A DNA stretch of 64,000 bases. Source: Polyangiales bacterium. Lineage in GTDB: Bacteria; Myxococcota_A; Polyangia; Polyangiales; Ga0077539. The position numbers were made by a program, and so were the translations under genes. Of the stretch, positions 9,068 through 18,043 are shown piece after piece (within the stretch, counting starts at the first letter, position 1; every line of letters starts with the position of its first letter). The stretch lies in assembly GCA_044229975.1 (NCBI GenBank), contig JBGARZ010000007.1:32001-96000 (forward strand), read 5' to 3'. The notes beneath the pieces are model-generated. The model did no database searches, had not been told where the DNA came from, and saw only the letters and a list, made by a program, of their open reading frames with translations.

Positions 9068-9756
9068 TACCGCCGCCAGGTGCGACCCGCGGGGCCCGAC
9101 TTGAGGCCGCGCTGTTCGAGGACGAGCGAGCGGTACGTCGTTCCGCGCTCGCTCGGGAGGAGCTTGTAGAGGACCATCCCGGCGGCCTCGGCGTCGTCGG
9201 TCGCGCGGTGCGCGTTGGAGAGGTCGACGCCCAATCGCAGGGCCACCTCACCGAGCTTGAAGCCCTTTACCCCGGTCTGTAAGGCGCGGGCCCAGACGAG
9301 CGGGTCGAGCCACTCGGATCCGCGGAGGGCGGGCGGCGTCTCGGCGGTCTTGGTGACCTCGAAGCCGGCGCGCACCAGCTCGGCGCGGATGAACCCGCGG
9401 TCGAAGCCGGCGTTGTACGCGAGCGGAATGCGGCCCTGGAGGAGCTCGACGACCCGGGGCGCGAGCTGCTCGAAGGTGGGCTCCTTCTTCACCTGGGCGT
9501 CGCTGATGCCGTGCACCGCGGACGCCTCGGCGGGGATCGGGATGCCGGGGTTGACCAGCATGCCGTAGCGGCCTTCGACGACGCCGTTGCGGAAGTGGAC
9601 GACGGCGATCTCGACGATGCGATCGCCGCGGCCCGGGTCGCGCCCGGTGGTCTCCGTGTCGATGGCCGCGAGCGGGAGCGTGTGCCACGGCGCGTCGGGG
9701 TCGAGCTCCTCCGCCAGACCGAGCTGCGCGGGCGGCGCCGTGCGAAGGAACGGCAT
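9067..9756 (-). CDS. DnaQ-like 3'-5' exonuclease (DEDDh)
   Basis: IDTETTG, VHGIS, YNAGFD, HRATDDA motifs; start placed at ATG 9756 (uncertain). Confidence 0.9.
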   Translation of the reverse strand: MPFLRTAPPAQLGLAEELDPDAPWHTLPLAAIDTETTGRDPGRGDRIVEIAVVHFRNGVVEGRYGMLVNPGIPIPAEASAVHGISDAQVKKEPTFEQLAPRVVELLQGRIPLAYNAGFDRGFIRAELVRAGFEVTKTAETPPALRGSEWLDPLVWARALQTGVKGFKLGEVALRLGVDLSNAHRATDDAEAAGMVLYKLLPSERGTTYRSLVLEQRGLKSGPAGRTWRR

Positions 9757-9879
9757 GATCCCCGGGTACGGCAGGCCCGTCGGGAAGCATGAGTTGACCT
9801 TCGTTCCGTGCGCCATGGGGGCATCGCAGCACGCCGCGGGGGGCGCTGCCAAGTAGCGTGTCAGCGCGCGACGCCGACG

Positions 9880-10899
9880 CTACCGGGTGGCGTCGAAGAA
9901 CGGGCGGGTCGTGACCAGCGGGCGACCCGGGACGTGACCGTGGTGGGTGAGCGCGGCGATCGACGCGACGAGGCCCGCGGCGAACAGCGCCGCGACGACG
10001 ATCCAACGCCGCCGGACACGGCGCTCGAAGGCCGCTCGTCGCGGGGAGCGGTGAGGTGGCGGGGCCGGCTTCGTCAACCGCGCCGTGCGAAACGGCGTGA
10101 GCCCGACCTCCACCTCCTCGTGCCGTTCTCCCGGGTCGGGAGCGTCGTCAGCGAAGGGCACGTCAAACTTGTACAGTCGCAACCGGCTCCGACGATCGGC
10201 CCCTTGCAGCGCCACGACGGCACTCACGGTGAGCGCCAGGGTTGCGACGGCCAGTGCGACCATGAGGGGCAGGTTGTCGCCAGGTCCGCGCGGTACCTCG
10301 ACGGCGCGCAGTTGGAGGAAGGTCCCGCTGTTGAAGATGCTGCCGACGTTGGCATAGCGCGGATCCGTGGCGCGGCACTCGTAGGTGACGAGCGAGCGGT
10401 TGGCGGATGTCCACACGATGAGTTCATGGGGGCCGGGGCCGCTGCGGGGGTTGGTCGAGTGGCAGTACCACTCCCCCACGGATGACCGCGACTGCCGGGA
10501 CAAGGACCAGAGCGTCTCGATGTAGGCGCCATCGTGGTGGTCGACCCGGTCGAAGGTCAGCGGGCCGCAACTCTCCGACTGGACAACCCCAATGGACGAC
10601 GGGGTCGTGCAGATTGATGGGGTCGCGCCTCCGCTGTGGGGGCCAAGAAACGAGATCCCGCCGTACGACTCCCAGTCGACGTCGTACCCGAACGCCGGAA
10701 CTACGAAGCACTCCGGGCTCAGCAGAAACACAAAGGCCACGCACGCCCAGAGCATCGGTAGCGCCGCCATCGGAACCGTGGCGACGGTGCGCACCGCGCG
10801 GGTGCCTCGCGTGAGCCGCCGTGGGTGCATCACCTGCGCGACAACGATCGCCGGGAGGGCGGCGGCGACCAGCAGCACGATGACGGCGACGAACACCAC
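9880..10899 (-). CDS. Hypothetical membrane protein
   Basis: 339-aa ORF with about four hydrophobic segments around a Cys-containing loop. Confidence 0.6.
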   Translation of the reverse strand: MVFVAVIVLLVAAALPAIVVAQVMHPRRLTRGTRAVRTVATVPMAALPMLWACVAFVFLLSPECFVVPAFGYDVDWESYGGISFLGPHSGGATPSICTTPSSIGVVQSESCGPLTFDRVDHHDGAYIETLWSLSRQSRSSVGEWYCHSTNPRSGPGPHELIVWTSANRSLVTYECRATDPRYANVGSIFNSGTFLQLRAVEVPRGPGDNLPLMVALAVATLALTVSAVVALQGADRRSRLRLYKFDVPFADDAPDPGERHEEVEVGLTPFRTARLTKPAPPPHRSPRRAAFERRVRRRWIVVAALFAAGLVASIAALTHHGHVPGRPLVTTRPFFDATR

Positions 10900-10992
10900 G
10901 AGCCAGAGTGCAACGCCTCCACACCGACGCCGTCAAGCGTGACCCACAGAGCGATTGACGTCCCCGCGCGCTGCCACCACCGTTGCGCCCGC

Positions 10993-12282
10993 GTGTCCCC
11001 TCTCTCCGCTGCTCAGCGCTCCCGCCTCGACGCTCTCGCGCCCGATACCCTCGTCGCGATCGTCGTCGCCACCGACGACGCCGCCACCGACGCGCCGCCC
11101 ACGCTCCACTGGTCCACCGCCGAGGACGGCGTCACCGACGCCTGGGGCGCCGCCGTCACCCTCGACGGCCACGACCTCGCCACCCTCGCGCCCGCCGTCC
11201 GTCACACGCTCTCGTCCCTCGTCGTGCTCTCCGACGTCGTCGATGCGCCCGCGCCGCGGATGTTCGGCGGCCAGTGTTTCGACCCCTCCCGCTCGCACGC
11301 CCACGACCCCGCCTGGAGCGCCGCACCCGGTGCGCGCATGGTGCTCCCGACGTGGTCTCGCACGACCCACCACGGTCGCACCTTCGTGCAATGGATCGGC
11401 CCCGCCTCCGCCGCGCGCACGCTCCACTGGGCGCTGCCCGTCGCCGCCGTCTCGTCGCCCGCCGCTGCCGTAGCCCGCGCGCCCGACCCCGAGTCCGAGG
11501 CCCGCTGGACCGCCCTCGTCACCGACGCTCTCTCCGCCATGCACGATGGCGCCATCGCCAAGCTCGTCGGCGCGCGTCGCGTGCGCTTCACCCGCACGGA
11601 TGCGTGGTCGCTCCGTGATGTTCTCTCGCGACTCTCCGTCGACGACGGCGCCCGCTTCGCGATGACCCTCGCGCCCGATGTTCTCTTCGTCGGCGCGACG
11701 CCCGAGCGACTCGTCGTACGCCGCGGTGACTCCATCGAAGTCGACGCCCTCGCCGGCAGCCTCCCTCGCACCGCCGACGACCCCGCCGTCATCGCCGCGC
11801 TGCTCGCCAGCGCGAAAGACCGCCACGAGCACCGCCTCGTCGTCGACTTCATCGACCGCACGCTCTCCTCCCTCGGCCTCTCTCCCTTGCACGACCCGTC
11901 ACCCACCGTCCGAACGCTCCCCTCCGTGCACCACCTCTGGACGCCCATCCGCGCCTCGTCTTCGTCCGCGCCCGACGCCCTCACGCTGGCCGCCGCGCTG
12001 CACCCCACGCCCGCCGTCGCGGGTGCTCCGCGCGACGCCGCCCTCCGTTGGATCGCCGCCCACGAACCCGCCCCCCGCGGCTGGTACGCCGGTGCGTTGG
12101 GATGGTGCGACGCCCACGGCGACGGTCGCTTCGTGGTGACGCTGCGCTCGGCCGTCCTCCGCGGTGCCGAGGCGTGGGCCTACGTCGGCGCGGGGCTCGT
12201 GCCGGGCTCCGATCCCGCGACCGAGTGGCGTGAGACCGAGGCCAAGCTCCGCACCGCCCGCGTCGCCCTCCAAGGACACTGA
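10993..12282 (+). CDS. menF: Isochorismate synthase
   Basis: FVGATPERL, ALAGS, KDRHEH, HLWT, LHPTPAV, RGWYAG, GAGLV motifs; directly upstream of menD; GTG start estimated. Confidence 0.9.
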   Translation: MSPLSAAQRSRLDALAPDTLVAIVVATDDAATDAPPTLHWSTAEDGVTDAWGAAVTLDGHDLATLAPAVRHTLSSLVVLSDVVDAPAPRMFGGQCFDPSRSHAHDPAWSAAPGARMVLPTWSRTTHHGRTFVQWIGPASAARTLHWALPVAAVSSPAAAVARAPDPESEARWTALVTDALSAMHDGAIAKLVGARRVRFTRTDAWSLRDVLSRLSVDDGARFAMTLAPDVLFVGATPERLVVRRGDSIEVDALAGSLPRTADDPAVIAALLASAKDRHEHRLVVDFIDRTLSSLGLSPLHDPSPTVRTLPSVHHLWTPIRASSSSAPDALTLAAALHPTPAVAGAPRDAALRWIAAHEPAPRGWYAGALGWCDAHGDGRFVVTLRSAVLRGAEAWAYVGAGLVPGSDPATEWRETEAKLRTARVALQGH

Positions 12283-14067
12283 ATGACCTCTCCCTCCGAC
12301 CTGCACAGCGCCTGGGCGCGGTGGTTCATCAGCGCGCTCGCCGACTCCGGTCTGCGCGACGTGGTCATCTCGCCCGGGTCGCGCTCCACGCCCCTCGCGC
12401 TCGCCGCTGCCGAGTGTCCGCGCGTGCGCTGCCTCCCGGTCGTCGACGAGCGCGTCGCCGCTTTCGTCGCGCTCGGCCAGGCCCGCGTCACGGGCGGCGC
12501 CTCGATGCTCCTGTGCACCTCGGGGACGGCCGGCGCCCACTACCTCCCCGCGCTCATCGAGGCGTCGCAGGCGTACGTCCCCGTGCTCGTCGTCACCACC
12601 GACCGCCCGTGGGAGGCCTACGACTGCGCCGCCCCGCAGACCATCGACCAGACCGACCTCTTCGGCCGCGTGGTGCGCCACCGCGCCGAGCTCGGCCTCC
12701 CCGACGCTTCGCCCGATGCCCTCGCCGCCGTCGGCCGCATCGCCGCTCAGGCCCTCGCCCTCAGCCGCGCGCCGACGCCCGGTCCGGTGCACCTCAACGC
12801 GCGCTTTCGCAAGCCGCTCGAACCCGTCGATGTCCCGTCGCCCGAACCCTGGTCCGCCGACCTCGCCCGCCGCGTTTCATTGGGCGCGCCAAGGGTCTTC
12901 ACCCCGCACGCTGTTCCGTCTTCCGATGGCGTCGCTGCGCTCACCGCCGCGCTCGCCGGCGCGCGTCGCCCGCTCTTCGTCTGCGGCCCGTCGGTCACCT
13001 GGGGCGCTCCCGCGGACGAGGCCCTCTTCGCGCTCGCCGCCGCTGTCGGCGCTGCCGTCGTCGCCGAGTCGGCGAGCGGCTATCGCCACGTCGCCTCCAC
13101 CGGCGCCGCGCTCGCGTGTCCGGGCCTCGACCTCGCCGTTCGCAGTGAAGCCTGGCGCGCCGCCCACCGCCCCGACGTGGTGGTGTCGTGGTCGCTGCCG
13201 CCGACCTCGCCTGCGCTCTCCCAATGGATCGCCCACCCCGCCGTCGATCGCTGGGTGATCTCTCCCCACGGCTGGCCCGACCCGTCGGGGGATGCGCGGG
13301 CGCTGCTCGTCGGCGAGCCCGCGGCCGTGGCGAGGGCGGTGCTCGACGCGCTCGGCGGCCGTCACGTCGAGGTCGACCACGTGTGGTCCGAGGCGCTTCG
13401 CAGGGCCGACGCGCACTCATGGGCGGCGGTGCGCGCGGAGACCTTCGGTGACGCCCTCGATGAGCTGACCATCGCGCAGGCGCTGGTCGACGCGCTGCCG
13501 ACGGGCGCGTGCCTCGCGGTGGGCAACAGCATGCCGGTGCGCGACCTGGAGCTGGCCGCGCCGCTTCGTTCGTTGCGGGTGCTTCATCAGCGCGGAGGCA
13601 GCGGCATCGACGGCCTCATCGCGGGCGCCGTCGGTGCGCGCACTGCCCTGCACGCGAGCGACCCGGTGGCCGTGTACCTGGGCGACGTGAGCGCGGCGCA
13701 CGACCTGGGCGGGCTCTCGGCGGCGCAGCATCTCGACTGCCCGCTGGTGGTGCTGCTGGTGCAGAACGAGGGCGGCCGCATCTTCGCGGAGCTCCCATTG
13801 GGACGTACGGCGCCGCCCGGGAGCGCGCGGGCCGAGGCCTTCGGGCGCTTCTTCCTTACGCCGCAGGGTATTCGCTGGGCCGAGGCGGCGGCGGCGTTTG
13901 GTCATCGGTACGCGCGAGCGGAGACCCCGGAGGCGCTGTCCGCCGCGCTCGAGTCGGCGCTGGATACCGCAGGCGTGACGGTGATCGAGGCGGTGGTGGC
14001 GCCCGAAGACGGCGTGGCGCGTCGCCGCCGGGTGAGAGAACGGGTGGCCGCGGAGCTCGCGCGGTGA
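12283..14067 (+). CDS. menD: SEPHCHC synthase
   Basis: ISPGSRSTPL, DERVAAF, CTSGTA, NSMPVRD, RGGSGIDG, GDVSAAHDLGGL, NEGGRIF. Confidence 0.95.
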   Translation: MTSPSDLHSAWARWFISALADSGLRDVVISPGSRSTPLALAAAECPRVRCLPVVDERVAAFVALGQARVTGGASMLLCTSGTAGAHYLPALIEASQAYVPVLVVTTDRPWEAYDCAAPQTIDQTDLFGRVVRHRAELGLPDASPDALAAVGRIAAQALALSRAPTPGPVHLNARFRKPLEPVDVPSPEPWSADLARRVSLGAPRVFTPHAVPSSDGVAALTAALAGARRPLFVCGPSVTWGAPADEALFALAAAVGAAVVAESASGYRHVASTGAALACPGLDLAVRSEAWRAAHRPDVVVSWSLPPTSPALSQWIAHPAVDRWVISPHGWPDPSGDARALLVGEPAAVARAVLDALGGRHVEVDHVWSEALRRADAHSWAAVRAETFGDALDELTIAQALVDALPTGACLAVGNSMPVRDLELAAPLRSLRVLHQRGGSGIDGLIAGAVGARTALHASDPVAVYLGDVSAAHDLGGLSAAQHLDCPLVVLLVQNEGGRIFAELPLGRTAPPGSARAEAFGRFFLTPQGIRWAEAAAAFGHRYARAETPEALSAALESALDTAGVTVIEAVVAPEDGVARRRRVRERVAAELAR

Positions 14068-14774
14068 TCGGCTGGCTGCACGGCTTCCTCGGGGCGCCCG
14101 CGCAGTGGGACGCGGTGCGTTCGACCGGAGACGCGCCGTGGATGCCGGGGCACGGTCCGTCGCCTCGCACCGAGGGCGCGACCTTCGACGAGGTGCTCGA
14201 CACGATGGCGCCGTGGGCTGCGGGTCGCCGGGTGCTGGTGGGCTACTCGCTGGGCGCGCGGCTGGCGTTGTCGCTGGCGCTGCGGCACCCGGGCGACGTG
14301 CGCGCCGTGGTGCTGGTCGGCGGAACGCCCGGCCTCGAAGACCCCGCCGATCGGGCGAAGCGCGCGGCCGACGACGACGCGTTCGCGGCGAGCATCGTGC
14401 GCGACGGACTCGACGCCTTCGTGCAGCGATGGGAGGCGCTGCCGCTCTTCGCGACGCAGAGGGAGCTGCCGACGGAGGTGCGCGCGGCGCAGCGGACGTG
14501 GCGTGGTGCGCACGAGGCTGCGGGCGTGGCGTGGGCCCTGTCGACGCTGAGCACCGGGCGCATGCCGTCGCAGTGGGACGCGCTCGCGTCGGCGCCCTTC
14601 GCGGTGCACGCGGTGACGGGTGAGCGCGACGAGAAGTTCACGCGCGTCGCCGACGAGATGGTGCGTCGCGGAGGGGGACGCGTGACCCACCATCGCGTGG
14701 CAGGCGTCGGGCATAACGTCGTGCTGGAAGACCCCTCGGCGGTCGCGGCCGTGGTGCGGTATGGATGGGGATGA
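14064..14774 (+). CDS. menH: SHCHC synthase (alpha/beta hydrolase)
   Basis: LHGFLG, GYSLG nucleophile elbow, W..LPLF, GERDEKF, GHN; GTGA overlap with the menD stop. Confidence 0.9.
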   Translation: MIGWLHGFLGAPAQWDAVRSTGDAPWMPGHGPSPRTEGATFDEVLDTMAPWAAGRRVLVGYSLGARLALSLALRHPGDVRAVVLVGGTPGLEDPADRAKRAADDDAFAASIVRDGLDAFVQRWEALPLFATQRELPTEVRAAQRTWRGAHEAAGVAWALSTLSTGRMPSQWDALASAPFAVHAVTGERDEKFTRVADEMVRRGGGRVTHHRVAGVGHNVVLEDPSAVAAVVRYGWG

Positions 14775-14788
14775 GAGCGGGAGAGCGG

Positions 14789-15322
14789 ATGCGACAGATG
14801 ACCAGGATGATGGTGCTCGCGTGGTGGGCGGTGGGCGTGGCGGTCGTGGGCTGCAAGCGCGGAGAGCAGGCGGGTCCGACGCCCGTGCCTGCACCGGCGC
14901 CCACAGCGGCTCCGCCAGCGCCGCCCGCGACGCCGCCACCGGCTCCGGCCATCAACGACAGTGACGTCCCCGCAGGCGGCGACGGAGGAACAAACCCATG
15001 GGCCGAGACCGCAGTGAGTCACCGCGGGAGCGCCGGCGCCACCTTCACGCAGGACTGCCCCGCGGGCGGAACGCTCGGCCCCGTGTGGGGCACCGACGTG
15101 TACAGCGATGACTCGTCCATCTGTTCGGCCGCGGTGCACGCCGGTCGCATCATCGTGGGGTCGGGCGGCCCGGTGCTGGTGTTTGTTCAGCCGGCGCGCG
15201 CGACGTATGTGGGCAGCGCACGCCACGGCGTGACGTCGCTGTCTCGCGCCGCATCACCCGGGAGCTTCTCGTTCTCGCAGATGTTGCCCTCCAGCGATGG
15301 CACAGGGACCACCACCCACTGA
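14789..15322 (+). CDS. LCCL-domain lipoprotein
   Basis: Lipobox-like VVGC, Pro-rich linker, VWGTDVYSDDSSICSAAVHAG LCCL signature; start uncertain (14765-14810). Confidence 0.8.
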   Translation: MRQMTRMMVLAWWAVGVAVVGCKRGEQAGPTPVPAPAPTAAPPAPPATPPPAPAINDSDVPAGGDGGTNPWAETAVSHRGSAGATFTQDCPAGGTLGPVWGTDVYSDDSSICSAAVHAGRIIVGSGGPVLVFVQPARATYVGSARHGVTSLSRAASPGSFSFSQMLPSSDGTGTTTH

Positions 15323-15331
15323 CCGTCTCCT

Positions 15332-15347
15332 CGGAACACGCGTTGCA
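15332..15347 (+). promoter_or_regulatory. Possible sigma54 promoter
   Basis: CGGAAC-ACGCG-TTGCA (GG-N10-GC) ending 14 nt before ATG 15362. Confidence 0.4.
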
Positions 15348-15361
15348 GCCCCGTGCTTCGC

Positions 15362-16123
15362 ATGAAGTGGTTGGGCTCTTCGCTCCTCGCCGTCCTCGCG
15401 CTCGCTGCCTGTCGCCACGCCGCGCCGCGCGTCACCACGACCACGGTCATCGTGTCTGCGCCGCCACCGGTCGTGGTCGTCGTGGCCACGGCTCCCGCGC
15501 CTGCGCCCGAGGCACCCGAGGTAGCGATGCGCGTCGTCCCGACGGAGTGCACCGAGGCCGCGGCGGCGGTGTTCTTCGAGGTGACGGGCGACGACGAGTG
15601 GCGAAGCCTCTGCACCGAGCTCGGCGGGGCCCGGTACTTCAGCGCGTGGCGCGTGGTGTCGAGCGAGACGGCGACGACGCTGACGCTGCGGCTCGCGCGC
15701 GTGGTGGGCGGGGCGATCACCTGGGAGACGACGGAGGAGATGCCCTCGCGCGAAGTCGGCGAGACATGGACCGCCGAGCCGGTGCGCGCCGTGCCGGGCG
15801 GGCTGCTGGTCTCATTCGCGGGTGAGACCGGCGCGGACTACTACACGCGCTCGTCGTGGACCGTGGTGTTTCGCCCGACCGCGAGTGGCGGCTTCGAGCG
15901 CGTCTGGACGGGCGTCGGTGACCAGCACGAAAACTCCATGGACGCCTGCCTCCGCACGACCACGCGCGGCTTCCGCTTCGTCGACGCGCGCACGCTGGAG
16001 ATGAGCCAGGTCCGCACGGTGCGCTTCGTCGAGCAGCAGTTCGCGGGCGACCTGCTGAGCCGACTGCGGAGGGAGTGCACCGCGGCGCCGCGTCGGGTCA
16101 CGCGGGTCGCGCTCGCGCGGTGA
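15362..16123 (+). CDS. Hypothetical lipoprotein
   Basis: MKWLGSSLLAVLALAAC lipobox; beta-rich body. Confidence 0.7.
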   Translation: MKWLGSSLLAVLALAACRHAAPRVTTTTVIVSAPPPVVVVVATAPAPAPEAPEVAMRVVPTECTEAAAAVFFEVTGDDEWRSLCTELGGARYFSAWRVVSSETATTLTLRLARVVGGAITWETTEEMPSREVGETWTAEPVRAVPGGLLVSFAGETGADYYTRSSWTVVFRPTASGGFERVWTGVGDQHENSMDACLRTTTRGFRFVDARTLEMSQVRTVRFVEQQFAGDLLSRLRRECTAAPRRVTRVALAR

Positions 16124-16151
16124 GCGGTTACATCAACCTGGGAATCGCGAG

Positions 16152-16288
16152 AGGCCGCCAGGACGCAAGGAGCGCAAGGGTCAGAAGAGCTGCATTCAGG
16201 AGCGAGTTGAGCATCCAACAGGAGTGAACGATCCGAGCATCCAGCCCCCCATCTTCTGGTCCTTGCGACCCTTGCGCCCTGGCGGCCT
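16152..16288. repeat. Inverted repeat, 37-bp arms (32/37), same family as 7305-7444
   Basis: Arms 16152-16188 and 16252-16288 share cgccagggcgcaagggtcgcaagg; between convergent genes. Confidence 0.9.
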
Positions 16289-16309
16289 TTTCTCTCCCCA
16301 CACCAGAAT

Positions 16310-17728
16310 TCACCAGTCCACGCGCACCGCCGGCGTCGGCGGCGCACACCCGGCCCGCTCCAGTCCATACGCAGCCGCCAACAGCGTCGCCTCGTCCCAC
16401 GGCTTCGCCATGAGCTGCAACCCCACCGGCATGCGCGCCCCCTGCACTCCGACCGGCGCCGTCAGCGCGGGCAGCCCCGTCAGATTACCCAGGAACGTAT
16501 ACCGCACCAGGTCGTTGGTCACCGCCTGGTCGGCCTCACCCGCGCGCTCGGCCCGCGGCCGCACCTTCGGCGCCGTGATGGCCACCGTCGGCGTCGCGTA
16601 CACGTGAACCTCGCCCAATATCTCCGCCATCTGCCGACGCAGCCGTTGTCGGAGCAGCTGCGCGCGCTGGTGGTCCACCGCGGAGATGTTGCGGCCGATG
16701 GCCAGCGCCATGCGCACGTCGAGCGCCATCTTCTCGCGGTGCTCGCGGTACTCCGCGGCGTGTCCGCGCGCCGCCTCCACCGTCATCGTCACGAAGCCCA
16801 TCGCCCCCGCGTGGCGACCCAGCGGCAGGTGAACATCCCGCAGCGTCGCGCCCTGCTTCTCCAGCAGGCGCAGCGCCTCCCGGCACATGAACACGATGGT
16901 CGGATCGGCGTCCGCCCACGCGTCGGGGTCGACCCCGATGCGCAGCCCGGTGAGGTCGCGGCCCTTGGCGCCCGCGAGCGCTTCGAGGTCGAGCGCGGGT
17001 GACCCGCGGCTCACGGCGCACTGCCCGTCGTCGCCCGCCGTCACACGGAGAAACTTCTCCATCGCCTCGACCGAGCGCGCGATGGGGCCGAGGTGCCCGA
17101 GGCTGCCTTCGAGGTTGTCATCGCCGGTGTTGGGGATGCGACCGAAGGTGGGCTTGAGACCCCACACGCCGCAGAGCGACGCGGGGATGCGCACCGACCC
17201 GCCGCCGTCCGACGCCACCGCCACCGGGACGGCCCCGAGAGCCACGGCGACGGCGCTGCCCGAGGACGATCCGCCCGGCGCGCAGGCGGGGTCGTGCGGG
17301 TTGCGCGGGGTGAGCGACTCGTGCGGCGAGATGCCCGTCGCGCCGATGCCGAGCTCGTGCTGAACGCTCTTGCCCACCACGATGGCACCCGCGTCGCGCA
17401 GGCGGGCCACGGCCGTCGCGTCGCGGGCGGCGGGGAGGGCGGGGCGGTAGACGGTTCCGGCGCGGGTGGGGAGGCCCGCGACGTCGACCTCGTCCTTCAC
17501 CACGATGGGAACGCCGTCGAAGTCGCCGAGGCTCTTCCCCGAGGCATAGCGCGCGGCGGAGGCATCGGCCTCGCGCCGGGCCCGCTCGTCGTTGTAGTCG
17601 CGCACCGCGGCGTGGGCGGGCGTGCGGCGGGCGGCTTCGCGCAGGGCGACGAGCACGCGGTCGAGGTGCTCGCGGGGGTCCGTCTCGCGGCTCAGGTAGC
17701 GGGCGCGCAGCGCGTCGAGGGTGATCAT
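16310..17728 (-). CDS. Amidase-signature family amidase (FAAH-like catalytic part)
   Basis: VKD, GGSSSGSA, SDGGGSVRIPA, GLKPTFGR; ATG 17728 preceded by GGAG. Confidence 0.9.
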   Translation of the reverse strand: MITLDALRARYLSRETDPREHLDRVLVALREAARRTPAHAAVRDYNDERARREADASAARYASGKSLGDFDGVPIVVKDEVDVAGLPTRAGTVYRPALPAARDATAVARLRDAGAIVVGKSVQHELGIGATGISPHESLTPRNPHDPACAPGGSSSGSAVAVALGAVPVAVASDGGGSVRIPASLCGVWGLKPTFGRIPNTGDDNLEGSLGHLGPIARSVEAMEKFLRVTAGDDGQCAVSRGSPALDLEALAGAKGRDLTGLRIGVDPDAWADADPTIVFMCREALRLLEKQGATLRDVHLPLGRHAGAMGFVTMTVEAARGHAAEYREHREKMALDVRMALAIGRNISAVDHQRAQLLRQRLRRQMAEILGEVHVYATPTVAITAPKVRPRAERAGEADQAVTNDLVRYTFLGNLTGLPALTAPVGVQGARMPVGLQLMAKPWDEATLLAAAYGLERAGCAPPTPAVRVDW

Positions 17729-17922
17729 TGGGGGGGCTCCGCGGGGCCGAGGGGTCGCTCGTCGAGGCTCGGGTGGTCGCCCGGCTCCACGGGCAGCGCC
17801 AGCATCTTCGCGATGCCCGACTCGCCGAACATCAGCCGCTGGATGATGGGGGCGCTGACGGGGGACTCGGCGGCCCGGACGAGCGCGCGGAGGGACTTGT
17901 CGTCGAGGGGAGGGCTCTGCAT
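17725..17922 (-). CDS. 65-aa ORF resembling the N-terminal segment of FAAH-type amidases
   Basis: MQSPPLDDKSLRALVRAAESPVSAPIIQRLMFGESGIAKML...; stop overlaps the amidase ATG (ATGA). Confidence 0.6.
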   Translation of the reverse strand: MQSPPLDDKSLRALVRAAESPVSAPIIQRLMFGESGIAKMLALPVEPGDHPSLDERPLGPAEPPQ

Positions 17923-18043
17923 CGCGGCCGACCATATCCCAAGCGTTCGGGGGGAGGGGAGTGAGGCGCGACGGCCCCTTCCGTTGGGACCGGTGGTTGA
18001 ACTAGCTTCCGCCCGCCCCCTTTCAGCCCCAGTGAGGTCGTCG

